From a virus (Duplodnaviria; Caudoviricetes), in the IMG/VR virus record IMGVR_UViG_3300020045_005902, positions 1-39,355 of that record: a stretch of DNA of 39,355 nucleotides; one strand, 5' to 3'. The position numbers were made by a program, and so were the translations under genes. The notes beneath the pieces were generated by a model. It made no database searches. It was not told where the DNA came from and saw only the letters and a program-made list of their open reading frames with translations. Of this stretch, positions 9,287 to 18,941 are shown in pieces. The number at the start of each line of letters is the position of its first letter. The stretch's first letter is position 1.

Positions 9287-11947
9287 ATGGCAAACAATCC
9301 AATTGATACAGATGCATTTAAACACGAATTACAATTCGCTGACTTCAATAGCAATTGGTATGAGATTTGTGAGCCTATTGGTTTTGATGGTGCGGAGTTT
9401 ATCATTGAGCAAAATTCGGGGCGTTACGCAAGGGATATTGTAAAGTTTGCCGTAGATAAATTAAAGTTTGTACTTGCAAATAGTTTCGTGCCACGAGAAC
9501 CGCAACAAACAAACCCACAAGGCGACTATTCCGAGTATTTAGATTACGGTTTAGGTTGGTTATTACCAGCGATTAAATTAAAAGGTTTTGAAGCTAAAGT
9601 TTATTACAGATTATCCGCAAACGGTGTAATTCTTAGAACATTTCAATTAGATTTTACTTCCGAACCTCTTACCGATGGGAAAACATATGTTGAATGTATG
9701 TTAATCGATAACGGCACGGTAATGAGTGTTAAACGAACCCTTGAAAGCAAATTCAATGCATTTAGCGATAAAGATTGGAGTGGAAATACAATAACTCCGA
9801 TTAATACGTTTAATTATTTAAAACGCGCAACAATTGTAAATACAGAATCATCATTTAAACTAAATGAACCTTATACATTTGCGGTTAATTCAGCCTTAAC
9901 TTCCGAAACATTAACGGGTTTCAATCCATCTATACCCGACAAACAAGAAATAAATAACGCTCTTTATTGGTTTGAACCTAGAATTGATACGGCCGATTTT
10001 CTTGATTTTGCATCATTTGGATTAATAAAGTTTCAAAAACAAACTTTTAACGTAAAGGTTGAACAAGATATTAAAATATCATACGACGTAGTTCAAGAAA
10101 GCGGTTTTGAGGGTTCTGGGCGTGTTGCGTTGTATTTGTATTTAGGAAATGATGTTTCTTTGGGAAATTTAGTTCATACTTTTTATGAAGATTCTTGGTC
10201 AAGTGGAGTTGTTAAAACCGTAAACTACGAAGCTAATTTGAGTTTTACTATTCCAATAGCGCAAGTTAATCAACGCCTTTATTTGTTTTGGTTTAGTTTT
10301 GGTATAGCAGACTGTAATATTTATGGAGCACTTCAAAGATATAACACTAAAATAACCGCTGGCGAAAAAGCCTTTGACCAAGTAATGAAAGCATTTCGAT
10401 GGGTTGATTTATTAAAACAAGCATCAAAATTCAAAGGAAATTTACCCGTTAACGCACAGCTTTTTGAAAACGGCGGAACTCATTACAACAATGCAGTTTT
10501 CAATAAACGAATGATGACGTCTCGAACGGATTATTTTTACATAACGCCAAAAGATTGTTTTGAAAGCGTTCAAGAAGTGAACTGTGACTACGAAATAAAT
10601 GAGGATAGTATTTTCGTTGACCATCAAACGGGATTTTATAAAAACATCGAGATAGGTTCGTTCGTTGAAATTCCATCGAGCGACTATTCAGAACCCGAAA
10701 ACAAACGGGCGCAAGTTAATAAAGGCACGTTTGCGTATTCGGTTTATGAACAAGACCGCACAACAACTGGCACAAGTTCGGGAGTACATACTGAAATGGA
10801 ACTTAGAATATTAAATGAATCAGTTGAAAACTCATTAGATAGAAAAATAAAATTCTCACGTGACCCGTTAGCGTCGCAAAAAGCTATTGATTTAGAAATA
10901 ACTACTCCAACAACGGCAACCGAAGACGACAATAATGTGTACATTGAAAGGTTTGTATCGTTAGCACCAAACAGTTTTGGAGAAATACCCGCATTTTTAG
11001 CAATGCGGTTGATTGATGGTAGATTAGAAATATTAAACATTGATAGCGATGGAGACGTTTCTAATTTTTCATTCACGTGGACAAATAAAGGAATAAACGT
11101 TGGAAATATCGTTCAAATTACCACTGGTCAAAACGTCGGTTTTTATACCGTTTTTGCAATCGAACCAAATAAAATTACACTAACACCCAATGCGGGAACG
11201 GTAATTACGTTTAGTGGAGATGGTTTCATTAATTTGAAATACTACTATACTAATGTTCAATATCAAACTCAAACTAATCAGGGATTCAGTTTAATTGAGA
11301 ATATTAGTAACACGTTTAGTAATTTATTTTATACTATTAAACGAAACCTACAAAACTATTTCAGCGAACATTTAGCAATGATAATGTATTACGCTCAAAA
11401 AGATATTGTAGTGGCTAAACCTCCGATAAACGAAAACTGCACAACACAATTAACAACGGAACCCCAGCCAGTAATCGAAAACGCACCGATAACATTCGAC
11501 TCGTTACCTAATCCTTTAATCACTCCAAAAATGTATAACGGGGTGATGGTTGCTGATTATAACGATGTGGTTAATTATTTGAACGCTTATAAAGTCAATC
11601 GTGGATTTATTCGGGTTGAAAATATTGATAGCGAAATTAAAAGAGTATTCCCTCAAGAATTCAAGTATAGCATTTCAACCCGACAATTAGAATTAAAAGC
11701 CGAAGTGCAATTTGAAACGATTAATCTAACTTTAAATGGTACAAAATCGGAGTTATTTGTAAACGGTGCGCCTTACAATTTCAACGATAATTTTGGTTGG
11801 TGGAAACTATCAAATGAATATTTAAAACTGTATGATGAAAATTCACGACCAATCACTAACGAATATCATTTTAATTTAGTAATTTTGAACGGTGTAACTT
11901 TTGAAACCCGTGAGGAATTAGAAAGCGCATTGGTAAATTTAACTTAA
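9287..11947 (+). CDS. Large tail tip/baseplate hub protein
   Basis: Follows tape measure; beta-rich; EPIGFD motif near N-terminus. Start moved to ATG 9287, just after a TATTTTTG -7 box (9275-9282). Confidence 0.7.
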   Translation: MANNPIDTDAFKHELQFADFNSNWYEICEPIGFDGAEFIIEQNSGRYARDIVKFAVDKLKFVLANSFVPREPQQTNPQGDYSEYLDYGLGWLLPAIKLKGFEAKVYYRLSANGVILRTFQLDFTSEPLTDGKTYVECMLIDNGTVMSVKRTLESKFNAFSDKDWSGNTITPINTFNYLKRATIVNTESSFKLNEPYTFAVNSALTSETLTGFNPSIPDKQEINNALYWFEPRIDTADFLDFASFGLIKFQKQTFNVKVEQDIKISYDVVQESGFEGSGRVALYLYLGNDVSLGNLVHTFYEDSWSSGVVKTVNYEANLSFTIPIAQVNQRLYLFWFSFGIADCNIYGALQRYNTKITAGEKAFDQVMKAFRWVDLLKQASKFKGNLPVNAQLFENGGTHYNNAVFNKRMMTSRTDYFYITPKDCFESVQEVNCDYEINEDSIFVDHQTGFYKNIEIGSFVEIPSSDYSEPENKRAQVNKGTFAYSVYEQDRTTTGTSSGVHTEMELRILNESVENSLDRKIKFSRDPLASQKAIDLEITTPTTATEDDNNVYIERFVSLAPNSFGEIPAFLAMRLIDGRLEILNIDSDGDVSNFSFTWTNKGINVGNIVQITTGQNVGFYTVFAIEPNKITLTPNAGTVITFSGDGFINLKYYYTNVQYQTQTNQGFSLIENISNTFSNLFYTIKRNLQNYFSEHLAMIMYYAQKDIVVAKPPINENCTTQLTTEPQPVIENAPITFDSLPNPLITPKMYNGVMVADYNDVVNYLNAYKVNRGFIRVENIDSEIKRVFPQEFKYSISTRQLELKAEVQFETINLTLNGTKSELFVNGAPYNFNDNFGWWKLSNEYLKLYDENSRPITNEYHFNLVILNGVTFETREELESALVNLT

Positions 11948-11959
11948 AATAGAGAGAAA

Positions 11960-12205
11960 ATGTGTCTTTTAAATGAAAAAATAGAGTTGGTAGAAAAAAA
12001 TGTAGAAAAAAACACATTCGCATCATTTGAGGACTTTTCTTATTTATCTAATTATTTCCCAAATGTTTTTTCAATATTGTCTGATACATTGAAAAAAGAA
12101 TTGATAAACGAAAGGGATTATTTTAAAAATAATTTCATTAATGTTATTGATTTTAATTTATTTATAGCTAATTTAAAAAAAGAAAATATACGCTTATTTA
12201 ACTAA
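11960..12205 (+). CDS. Hypothetical very AT-rich inserted gene
   Basis: 81 aa; abuts next gene; F/N/K-rich, unlike flanking structural genes. Confidence 0.5.
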   Translation: MCLLNEKIELVEKNVEKNTFASFEDFSYLSNYFPNVFSILSDTLKKELINERDYFKNNFINVIDFNLFIANLKKENIRLFN

Positions 12206-13402
12206 ATGGACTACTCATTCGTAAAATTTTATAAATCGCTATCAGCAGCGGTGCAGAATGAAAATCAACCAATCGTTGATAGTAGTCTTATGTATACGGG
12301 TTTTTTAGCAGTTCCAACGAAAAAAACAATCGCACAAACAACTAATTCAGATACAAATATTTCATTTGTTGGGGATATTCAAGTAGATTTAGTTGATAGT
12401 TGCGGTACAGTAGTTTTAAACGTTGACGATAAATTTTACTATAATAGTTTCCAAGATGCAAACGGTATTTTCCAAATCAACTGGGAGTTTGGGTATGTTA
12501 ATCAAGATTTTTACACCAAACCACTACATATAAAAATTACCGACACGTCAAATCAAAATGTATGGTTTAGCAATGCTATTTTAGTGACTGATTATAATTC
12601 GCATCTGTTTTTAGAAGCGGTTTATTGGAGTGATAAAAAAATATTTGGTATTAGTTATGATTTAACAAGTGGTTATAAGCAACGTGTATTTATTAGAAAT
12701 GCTTTCGATAACACGCCACAAGGCAAATATAGTCAAGGCTCATACACGCAAACTAACGGACGTGAAGTAAATTTCAATGCTATTATTACTGATTTAAACC
12801 AATATATTTTCGATTCGATTGACAAGTTTATGGATACTCGAATTAAAAGAATGTTTGCGCATCCAAATTTAGTTTTGAACGGTCAATTTCACACTGTAAA
12901 TTTAGCAACTTATAAAACCGCCGAAAGACTAGGTAATTCCAACTTAATGAGAGCCGAGTTTTTAGCTAATCCGCAAGGCAGTTTTTATACTTACCAAAAC
13001 CAATTAACACCGCTTTTAGAATTGATTGAGTTGTTTGTTCCGAATGGCTCAATATTCTCACGAGACAATGACCCAACAAGTGGTGGGCAGTTTAACGCTA
13101 AATTCTCAACCATTATACCGAGCGGGTTTTACGGAAGTGCACAACTTTATTTAAACGATACGCTTATTGAAAGTTGTTTGGTAAATGGCGAAGATAGTCA
13201 ATTTGTAAACCTTTCTTTTCCCGATTCATTTTTAGGTAGTGGATTACCTTTAAACGGTCAATACTATATTGTATTTCCATCCATAACAGATGTGAACGGT
13301 CAAGTGTTTAGCGGAATTGTTTTTGGTGATTGGGGATTTACGGTAGCTGATGGAGATTTTAACAGTGGCGATTTTAACGGTAATGATTTCTTTATAAATT
13401 AA
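12206..13402 (+). CDS. Minor tail structural protein
   Basis: 398 aa beta-rich; C-terminal GDFNSGDFNGNDF repeat; synteny. Confidence 0.55.
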   Translation: MDYSFVKFYKSLSAAVQNENQPIVDSSLMYTGFLAVPTKKTIAQTTNSDTNISFVGDIQVDLVDSCGTVVLNVDDKFYYNSFQDANGIFQINWEFGYVNQDFYTKPLHIKITDTSNQNVWFSNAILVTDYNSHLFLEAVYWSDKKIFGISYDLTSGYKQRVFIRNAFDNTPQGKYSQGSYTQTNGREVNFNAIITDLNQYIFDSIDKFMDTRIKRMFAHPNLVLNGQFHTVNLATYKTAERLGNSNLMRAEFLANPQGSFYTYQNQLTPLLELIELFVPNGSIFSRDNDPTSGGQFNAKFSTIIPSGFYGSAQLYLNDTLIESCLVNGEDSQFVNLSFPDSFLGSGLPLNGQYYIVFPSITDVNGQVFSGIVFGDWGFTVADGDFNSGDFNGNDFFIN

Positions 13403-13407
13403 AAAAT

Positions 13408-13860
13408 ATGAGTACAAAGACACAAATAGAAACAAGTATCACGACAAATTTAGCAAGTGCTAGCGATATTTTAGCAAGTGAAGTTAGAGAAACATTAGAG
13501 CTGATTGTTGATAATCTTTACCCAACCTCAGTAACAGACAACAATACTACAGAAACCTACACAACAAAAGCGGGTACAAATATAACCTACGCAATTACGT
13601 TGTTTAAGCAAGGTAATTTTCCAGCTATTAAAGGAACGATTACAAACTCAACTTTCTCAACACTTAGCAGTCAAAATGTATTTACGTGGAAAGATAACGA
13701 GTACAAGCCAAAAACGGGTTTAACATATTTGTTTGATGCCGTTCAAGGCTCAACTAAAGTAAGATGTTTTATAAACAACAACGTTTTAGCTATAACGTCA
13801 CCAATGCCAACGGGTACGTTTTCAATTGATAATTTTCAACTTTATATCGCACAAGATTAA
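13408..13860 (+). CDS. Putative tail fibre-associated structural protein
   Basis: Thr-rich; ILASEVRE N-terminal motif; synteny. Confidence 0.5.
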   Translation: MSTKTQIETSITTNLASASDILASEVRETLELIVDNLYPTSVTDNNTTETYTTKAGTNITYAITLFKQGNFPAIKGTITNSTFSTLSSQNVFTWKDNEYKPKTGLTYLFDAVQGSTKVRCFINNNVLAITSPMPTGTFSIDNFQLYIAQD

Positions 13861-13872
13861 AAATATAATATT

Positions 13873-14880
13873 ATGGCAATAGGACAAGCAGTATTAACAG
13901 ACCAAATATCAGCGGTGTATAATGAGAATTTGTTACCACCGTTTGCAAAATTCAACGATTTATACACGTGGAATATTACTGATGGTACAAGTGCAGTAAT
14001 TGAAAACAACTCATTACGTAGAGCATACGGAAAAAGAAGTATGCTAACAACATTCACTGGTACTGATGAAACAACGTTTAATGCTACGGGCGATGCTTTG
14101 TTAACAACTGCGCCTTACGATGGAGTTTATACTATTGGTATGGCTTTTTGGATGGATACGGATTACGAAGATTCGGAAGTGGCATTCACAATAGTTGCAG
14201 ATGTTAACGGTATTCCAAGCGATTTAACAACCTACCAAGCTGATTTAAAAGCTTCAGAGGGTTTTGTATTTGGCAAATGGAATGTTTACTTGCAAAAAAT
14301 TGAACTTGCAAAAGATGACGAGGTTAATTTTACATTTAAAGTAAGTTCCGATACCATCGGGGTTAAATTGTTTGCTGATTTGTTTACATTAAGTGTAGAT
14401 GATAAAAAAGAGGGTTTAATTGCCCGATATATTGCACCCTATGAAAAATCAATTGTTTGGCAGTCTCGAGTTGACACAACCAACACTCAAAATATTTCAG
14501 CAGATACCGAGACTAATTTTGGTTTTACTGGAACAAGTGAAAGTAACGACTCAACAACACTACTCACAACAACTGGATTAATTACACCAACAAAAGTAAA
14601 CAACGTAATAACAGTAAATTACTATTTTGATTTTGATGCTCCAAGCGGTACAGATAGATTTGTAGACGTGTTAATCAAAGTAAATTCTATTACTTATCGA
14701 GGTGTAACTTCAACTCTTAGCAAAACAGCTGGTCAAACTGAAAGAGTAAGCGGTTCTTTTACTTTACCAGTTGGAACGGATTTTAAAACATACGGTGCAC
14801 AAATTACAATAACATCGAGTGAAGCGATTGTAATTGAAAACCGATATATTTGTGTAATCGAACAAACAAACGTAGAATAA
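13873..14880 (+). CDS. Tail protein with possible carbohydrate-binding jelly-roll
   Basis: NLLPPFAKF start typical of CBM-like virion domains; Thr-rich. Confidence 0.5.
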   Translation: MAIGQAVLTDQISAVYNENLLPPFAKFNDLYTWNITDGTSAVIENNSLRRAYGKRSMLTTFTGTDETTFNATGDALLTTAPYDGVYTIGMAFWMDTDYEDSEVAFTIVADVNGIPSDLTTYQADLKASEGFVFGKWNVYLQKIELAKDDEVNFTFKVSSDTIGVKLFADLFTLSVDDKKEGLIARYIAPYEKSIVWQSRVDTTNTQNISADTETNFGFTGTSESNDSTTLLTTTGLITPTKVNNVITVNYYFDFDAPSGTDRFVDVLIKVNSITYRGVTSTLSKTAGQTERVSGSFTLPVGTDFKTYGAQITITSSEAIVIENRYICVIEQTNVE

Positions 14881-15938
14881 TGACACTAACAATAGAAAAA
14901 AACGGTCCTCGAGATTTTACTCACTTTACGGAGTATGCAAATATGACGTTTAGTAACTACTCAATGGTTTTAAATAACACAAATCAAGATGTAATTATAA
15001 TGCAACGAAACGGTTCATCGTTTCCAAATAGTGCTGTACCGATTGCAGATGTATTTTTTAAAGACAATACCGATGGCGGAGTAGTTGAATCATTTGCATC
15101 AACTCAATTATTAAATACAAGATTAAGAGCAGTTGATTATAATGGATTAGTTGAGCCGAGTGGTGGGGGTTCGGGTGCGGTTAGTTCAGTTTTTACTCGA
15201 ACTGGTGCAGTAACGGCACAAAGCGGTGACTACAATACTGGTCAAGTTACAGAGGTTACAAACAAAAAATACGTTACTGATGCTCAATTAACCGTAATAG
15301 GGAATACAAGCGGTACAAATACTGGCGACCAAGACCTTAGTGGGTACGCTCCGTTAGCATCACCAACATTTACGGGAATACCAAGCGCACCAACACCAAG
15401 CCCAAACGATAATAGTACTAAGTTAGCAACTACAGCTTATGTTGATGCTGGATTAGCTACAAAATCAACCAAAACCCGAATATTCCTAACATCCGACATA
15501 ACAAATGGAACGGTGGCAGATACAGATGTAACGGGATTTACTTTTACATTACCAGCTTCGGGTAAAGTTGACTTCACAGTATGTTTGCCGTTTAGTGCTG
15601 GAGCAAATACAACTGGTATAAATGTAGGTGTTAAAGTAGTTACGGGTGTTGGTGCTAATGGAAACGTATTGGGTAACGTAAGAACTAAAACACGTTTAAG
15701 CACAACAACAACATTTCCCGTATTAAACATTGTTGACCAAGGCGCAAACGCAACGGTAAGTTACGGAGCAATGAGCGGGGTGTCAACGGCTGGTGTTACT
15801 AACTTTTCAGAAGTAAACTGTGACTTAACCAATTTAGCAACCAACACAAGCGTAACAGTTCAAATTGTTTTTGCCTCAGAAGTTGGTAGTTCGGATGTAA
15901 TTGTGAAAAGAGGTGCATCTATGATTATTAATAGTTAA
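14880..15938 (+). CDS. Tail fibre / receptor-binding protein
   Basis: GGGSGAVSSVFTRTGAV and APLASPTFTGIPSAPTP...STKLATTAYV tail-fibre repeats; start at the TAATG overlap (14880). Confidence 0.8.
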   Translation: MTLTIEKNGPRDFTHFTEYANMTFSNYSMVLNNTNQDVIIMQRNGSSFPNSAVPIADVFFKDNTDGGVVESFASTQLLNTRLRAVDYNGLVEPSGGGSGAVSSVFTRTGAVTAQSGDYNTGQVTEVTNKKYVTDAQLTVIGNTSGTNTGDQDLSGYAPLASPTFTGIPSAPTPSPNDNSTKLATTAYVDAGLATKSTKTRIFLTSDITNGTVADTDVTGFTFTLPASGKVDFTVCLPFSAGANTTGINVGVKVVTGVGANGNVLGNVRTKTRLSTTTTFPVLNIVDQGANATVSYGAMSGVSTAGVTNFSEVNCDLTNLATNTSVTVQIVFASEVGSSDVIVKRGASMIINS

Positions 15939-15941
15939 TAT

Positions 15942-16577
15942 ATGCCGATAATTAGAAGTTTAGCGGGTGAGCATATAAAGGTAGTAATGGACGGTAATTC
16001 ATTAACTGCATCAAATAATCAGTATATTTCAACACGTATAGCAACCGCCTTAACACCTTTAGTTGCAAGTGTAGAAATGGTTAGTTTGGGCGTTAGTGGT
16101 CAACGGTTACAAACAATGTTCAATAACGCTCCTAACGGGGTTTATACATTAGTTAATCCATCGAAGTACAATATTTTAATTGTCAATGAAGATGCCAACG
16201 GAATGTATCAGGATGATTATTCCGAGTACCGACAGTTACAATTAATGAATCAGTATATTAGCGGTGCATATCGTGCTAAATACAATGCGGTTATTAGCTG
16301 GAATGGTTACTATGCAAGAACGCCATTCGATTTATTTGTTCCAACGGCCAACGATTTGTTATGTTTTAAAAATTATTGTAATTTAGCCAATACAGAGGGT
16401 AAGTTGTATAGTAATGTAAACGTTGATATGCGATTGTGTCCAACAGTTGGCGGAGAAGAAAACCAACCTCAAAACCCAATCGTAAATATTGATTATTTGC
16501 ACTTAAACAACATAGGAAATAATGAAGTTGCAGATAGATTAATATCAAACGGATTCAATGTATTATTCACTTTTTAA
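15942..16577 (+). CDS. SGNH/GDSL-family hydrolase (esterase)
   Basis: Block I DGNSLT, block II GVSGQ, block III EDAN, block V DYLH. Confidence 0.75.
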   Translation: MPIIRSLAGEHIKVVMDGNSLTASNNQYISTRIATALTPLVASVEMVSLGVSGQRLQTMFNNAPNGVYTLVNPSKYNILIVNEDANGMYQDDYSEYRQLQLMNQYISGAYRAKYNAVISWNGYYARTPFDLFVPTANDLLCFKNYCNLANTEGKLYSNVNVDMRLCPTVGGEENQPQNPIVNIDYLHLNNIGNNEVADRLISNGFNVLFTF

Positions 16578-16589
16578 ACTATAAACACA

Positions 16590-16742
16590 ATGAACGAACA
16601 AGAACACGATTTAGTAATTACATTTACTACCGAGCCAAACGAAAAACAATTGGAATCAGTAAAAGATTTTGTAAAAGGATATGAGTTATCGAACCCAAAT
16701 GCGAAAGTTTTAGTAATAACTCCACGTCCACCAAGACCATAA
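16590..16742 (+). CDS. Small protein (50 aa) ending in PRPPRP
   Basis: Read from sequence: MNEQEHDLVITFTTEPNEKQLESVKDFVKGYELSNPNAKVLVITPRPPRP*; fills the gap. Confidence 0.65.
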   Translation: MNEQEHDLVITFTTEPNEKQLESVKDFVKGYELSNPNAKVLVITPRPPRP

Positions 16743-16746
16743 TTTT

Positions 16747-17070
16747 ATGATTCGTGCAATACCAATATTATTAATGGCGTATGCGTTTGTATGCGCTTTA
16801 CTATTCGGAAGTCCGTTTTTAGTCAATAATGTAAAACTACTTACACTCATTGATACGATACTTTTTGTAATAGCGACTATTGATATTGCACGGAATTATT
16901 CAAAGTACATTAAAACCTCTGTAAATTGCTATTTCGGGTGTTTAGCGTTCTTATTTTTAGAGCGAACGGATATAGTTTTTACTTTGAGCGATTTTTGGTA
17001 TTTAAGTTTGTATTATTTTATTATTTTTGTTGTAGTTGTAAAATCGGTAATTGATAATAAAAGAAAGTGA
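16747..17070 (+). CDS. 4-TM membrane protein of unknown function
   Basis: Four hydrophobic segments; head of the lysis cassette. Confidence 0.65.
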   Translation: MIRAIPILLMAYAFVCALLFGSPFLVNNVKLLTLIDTILFVIATIDIARNYSKYIKTSVNCYFGCLAFLFLERTDIVFTLSDFWYLSLYYFIIFVVVVKSVIDNKRK

Positions 17071-17297
17071 AGATTTTAAAAGATACATTAATGGTAAACG
17101 GTAAATGGTCACTAAAAAGACTGCAAGTTTTTAGTGCTTTTTGGGTTGTTGTGGTTTACATTTTTATGCCAGCTTTTATACCTACATTCCCAGTCAATGA
17201 GTTTGCCGTTGCATCAATATTAGCGTTAGGTGGTTTTACTGCGTACAGAATACAAAAAAAGAATGAAAACGAAATAACTGAAAATATAAGCGAGTAA
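17067..17297 (+). CDS. Putative holin (2 TM)
   Basis: GKWSLKR followed by two TM segments and a charged C-terminal tail; near endolysin. Confidence 0.55.
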   Translation: MKILKDTLMVNGKWSLKRLQVFSAFWVVVVYIFMPAFIPTFPVNEFAVASILALGGFTAYRIQKKNENEITENISE

Positions 17298-17605
17298 TGA
17301 CACAAGAGCAAAAAGACATTCAACTAATAAAAGACGATATTAAGTCTATTAGAGTGCATTTAGATAATATTAAAACTAATCAAGAAACTTTAAAAACTAA
17401 TAAAGAAGTTGCTGAAAAGAAAATCGATTTAATCTACAATACACTTACCAACAATGAATTTAACGGCCATAACGGTTTTGTTACTCGATTGAACAGTTTA
17501 GAGAAAACCGTACTAATGCATGAAACATTTTGGAAAGCATTTTTTTGGTTATTTGGTAGTACGGTGTTTATTGGTTTAATGTTTAAATTTTTTATAAAAC
17601 CTTAG
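17297..17605 (+). CDS. Coiled-coil protein with C-terminal TM (holin/XhlA-like lysis accessory)
   Basis: Heptad N-terminus, single C-terminal TM, adjacent to endolysin. Confidence 0.5.
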   Translation: MTQEQKDIQLIKDDIKSIRVHLDNIKTNQETLKTNKEVAEKKIDLIYNTLTNNEFNGHNGFVTRLNSLEKTVLMHETFWKAFFWLFGSTVFIGLMFKFFIKP

Positions 17606-17607
17606 TT

Positions 17608-18105
17608 ATGGATGCAATCACGCTCGAAAGAATTAAACTAATCCACCCCGACAAAAAGGATGAATTAAAACGGATTTACCTAGCTATTAACAATCTATTG
17701 CCGAAAGGCGTAAGATTGCGATTTACACACACATTGCGAACCATTGAGGAACAAAACTATTTATACTCACAAGGTAGAACCCGAAACGGGTATATTGTAA
17801 CTAATGCAAAAGGCGGTCAATCGATACATAATTTTGGGTTGGCAATTGATATTGTTATACTGCTTGATGAAGATGGAAACGGAACTTTTGAAAAAGCAGT
17901 TTGGAATGGAAAGCATTTTGATACAGTTGTTTCGGAACTTAAAAAATACGGTTTTGAATGGGGTGGCGATTGGAAGTTTAAAGACGCTCCGCATTTTCAG
18001 TATAAAAAAGATAATGGAAGTAGCTATAAATGGCAAGAACTAAAAGCGTTGTTAGATAGCGGTCAATTGGTTAAAAGCAATGGTTTTAATTATCCGAAAA
18101 TATGA
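17608..18105 (+). CDS. Endolysin, peptidase M15 family (L-Ala-D-Glu type)
   Basis: RTIEEQNYLYSQGRT, VTNAKGGQSIHNFGLAIDI, WGGDW and DAPHFQ motifs. Confidence 0.92.
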   Translation: MDAITLERIKLIHPDKKDELKRIYLAINNLLPKGVRLRFTHTLRTIEEQNYLYSQGRTRNGYIVTNAKGGQSIHNFGLAIDIVILLDEDGNGTFEKAVWNGKHFDTVVSELKKYGFEWGGDWKFKDAPHFQYKKDNGSSYKWQELKALLDSGQLVKSNGFNYPKI

Positions 18106-18160
18106 TTTACGTAATATCAATTATATATATTATTATCTTTTTATCTATTTTTGATGAATA

Positions 18161-18212
18161 GGTGTTATATTTGAAAAGCGGATGCCGAAAAGCTAATAGA
18201 GTAGGCTTAACC
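18161..18212 (+). ncRNA. Candidate structured leader RNA (pseudoknot)
   Basis: GC-rich island AGC-GGATGCCGAAAA-GCT-AATAGAGTA-GGC, possibly closed by GGTGTTA/TAACC, in an AT-rich intergenic region. Confidence 0.3.
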
Positions 18213-18229
18213 ATTGAAAAAAAAGAAAA

Positions 18230-18415
18230 ATGGTAACTTATTTCAACAGAAAAGATTTAGTAAATTTTGGGCAATACTTATTGTCTGAGGAAAGAGAAGA
18301 AAAAATCAAAGAAAGATATAATCCAGAGGATAATATTTCATTAGATGAAAGGCTTCGAGAAGTTTATCACTCAGATGTAGAAAACTTTTTAGAATCATTG
18401 AAAAAAGAATCTTGA
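18230..18415 (+). CDS. Small hypothetical protein (moron)
   Basis: 61 aa; TAnnTTTG boxes at 18146 and 18166 upstream; terminator downstream. Confidence 0.7.
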   Translation: MVTYFNRKDLVNFGQYLLSEEREEKIKERYNPEDNISLDERLREVYHSDVENFLESLKKES

Positions 18416-18432
18416 CAATATCTTACTAAATT

Positions 18433-18461
18433 AACCCGTTCTATTTTAGTTCGGGTTTTTT
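18433..18461 (+). terminator. Rho-independent terminator
   Basis: AACCCG...CGGGTT followed by a T-run. Confidence 0.7.
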
Positions 18462-18522
18462 ATTTTTAATCATTCTAAACTACTAAAAAAGTTTGTTTAT
18501 TAGATTTTAGTTTTTAATTTAG
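18462..18522 (+). promoter_or_regulatory. 19-bp box plus promoter
   Basis: ATTTTTAATCATTCTAAAC at 18462-18480; TTTG at 18492; TAATTTAG at 18515. Confidence 0.55.
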
Positions 18523-18546
18523 CGTTCTAACATTAAATCATTTTTT

Positions 18547-18918
18547 ATGAAAAAACTATTATTTATTTTTATTATTGGATTCACATCTTTGTCGTTTAGT
18601 CAAGAAATTAGACTAACCGACCCATCGCAAAGAGTTGCTACACCATCACAAGCCGAAGAACTAAACGAAATGGTGAAAGATTTTGAAGAAAACACAGACA
18701 ACGCAAAAAGCAAAAAATGTAAAATAATTTCAAAAAGTTATAATTATATAGCTGGTAACGGCGGTCCACAAACTTGCACAACATATCAGCTAGAGTGCGA
18801 GGGAGTTAGCGGTAGTGTTTGGGCTGTTCAAACTTATAATGGGACTTGGATTTGGTCGTATCCTTGGACTGCTCCTAATGGTCAAAGCGTATTGGCTGTT
18901 CCTTTTCCTTGCAATTAG
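18547..18918 (+). CDS. Secreted protein with Sec signal peptide (moron)
   Basis: MKKLLFIFIIGFTSLSFS|Q signal (Bacteroidota-type Gln after cleavage); four Cys; own promoter and terminator. Confidence 0.75.
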   Translation: MKKLLFIFIIGFTSLSFSQEIRLTDPSQRVATPSQAEELNEMVKDFEENTDNAKSKKCKIISKSYNYIAGNGGPQTCTTYQLECEGVSGSVWAVQTYNGTWIWSYPWTAPNGQSVLAVPFPCN

Positions 18919-18941
18919 ATTTTCATTATTTTTAGATTTAG

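Noticed and set aside
13408-16577. Diversity-generating retroelement or invertible tail-fibre cassette
   Set aside because: No reverse transcriptase, invertase or template/variable repeat pair seen
17804-18043. ORF nested in the endolysin as a possible embedded o-spanin
   Set aside because: No convincing lipobox or spanin-like composition; a better spanin candidate lies at 21250-21831
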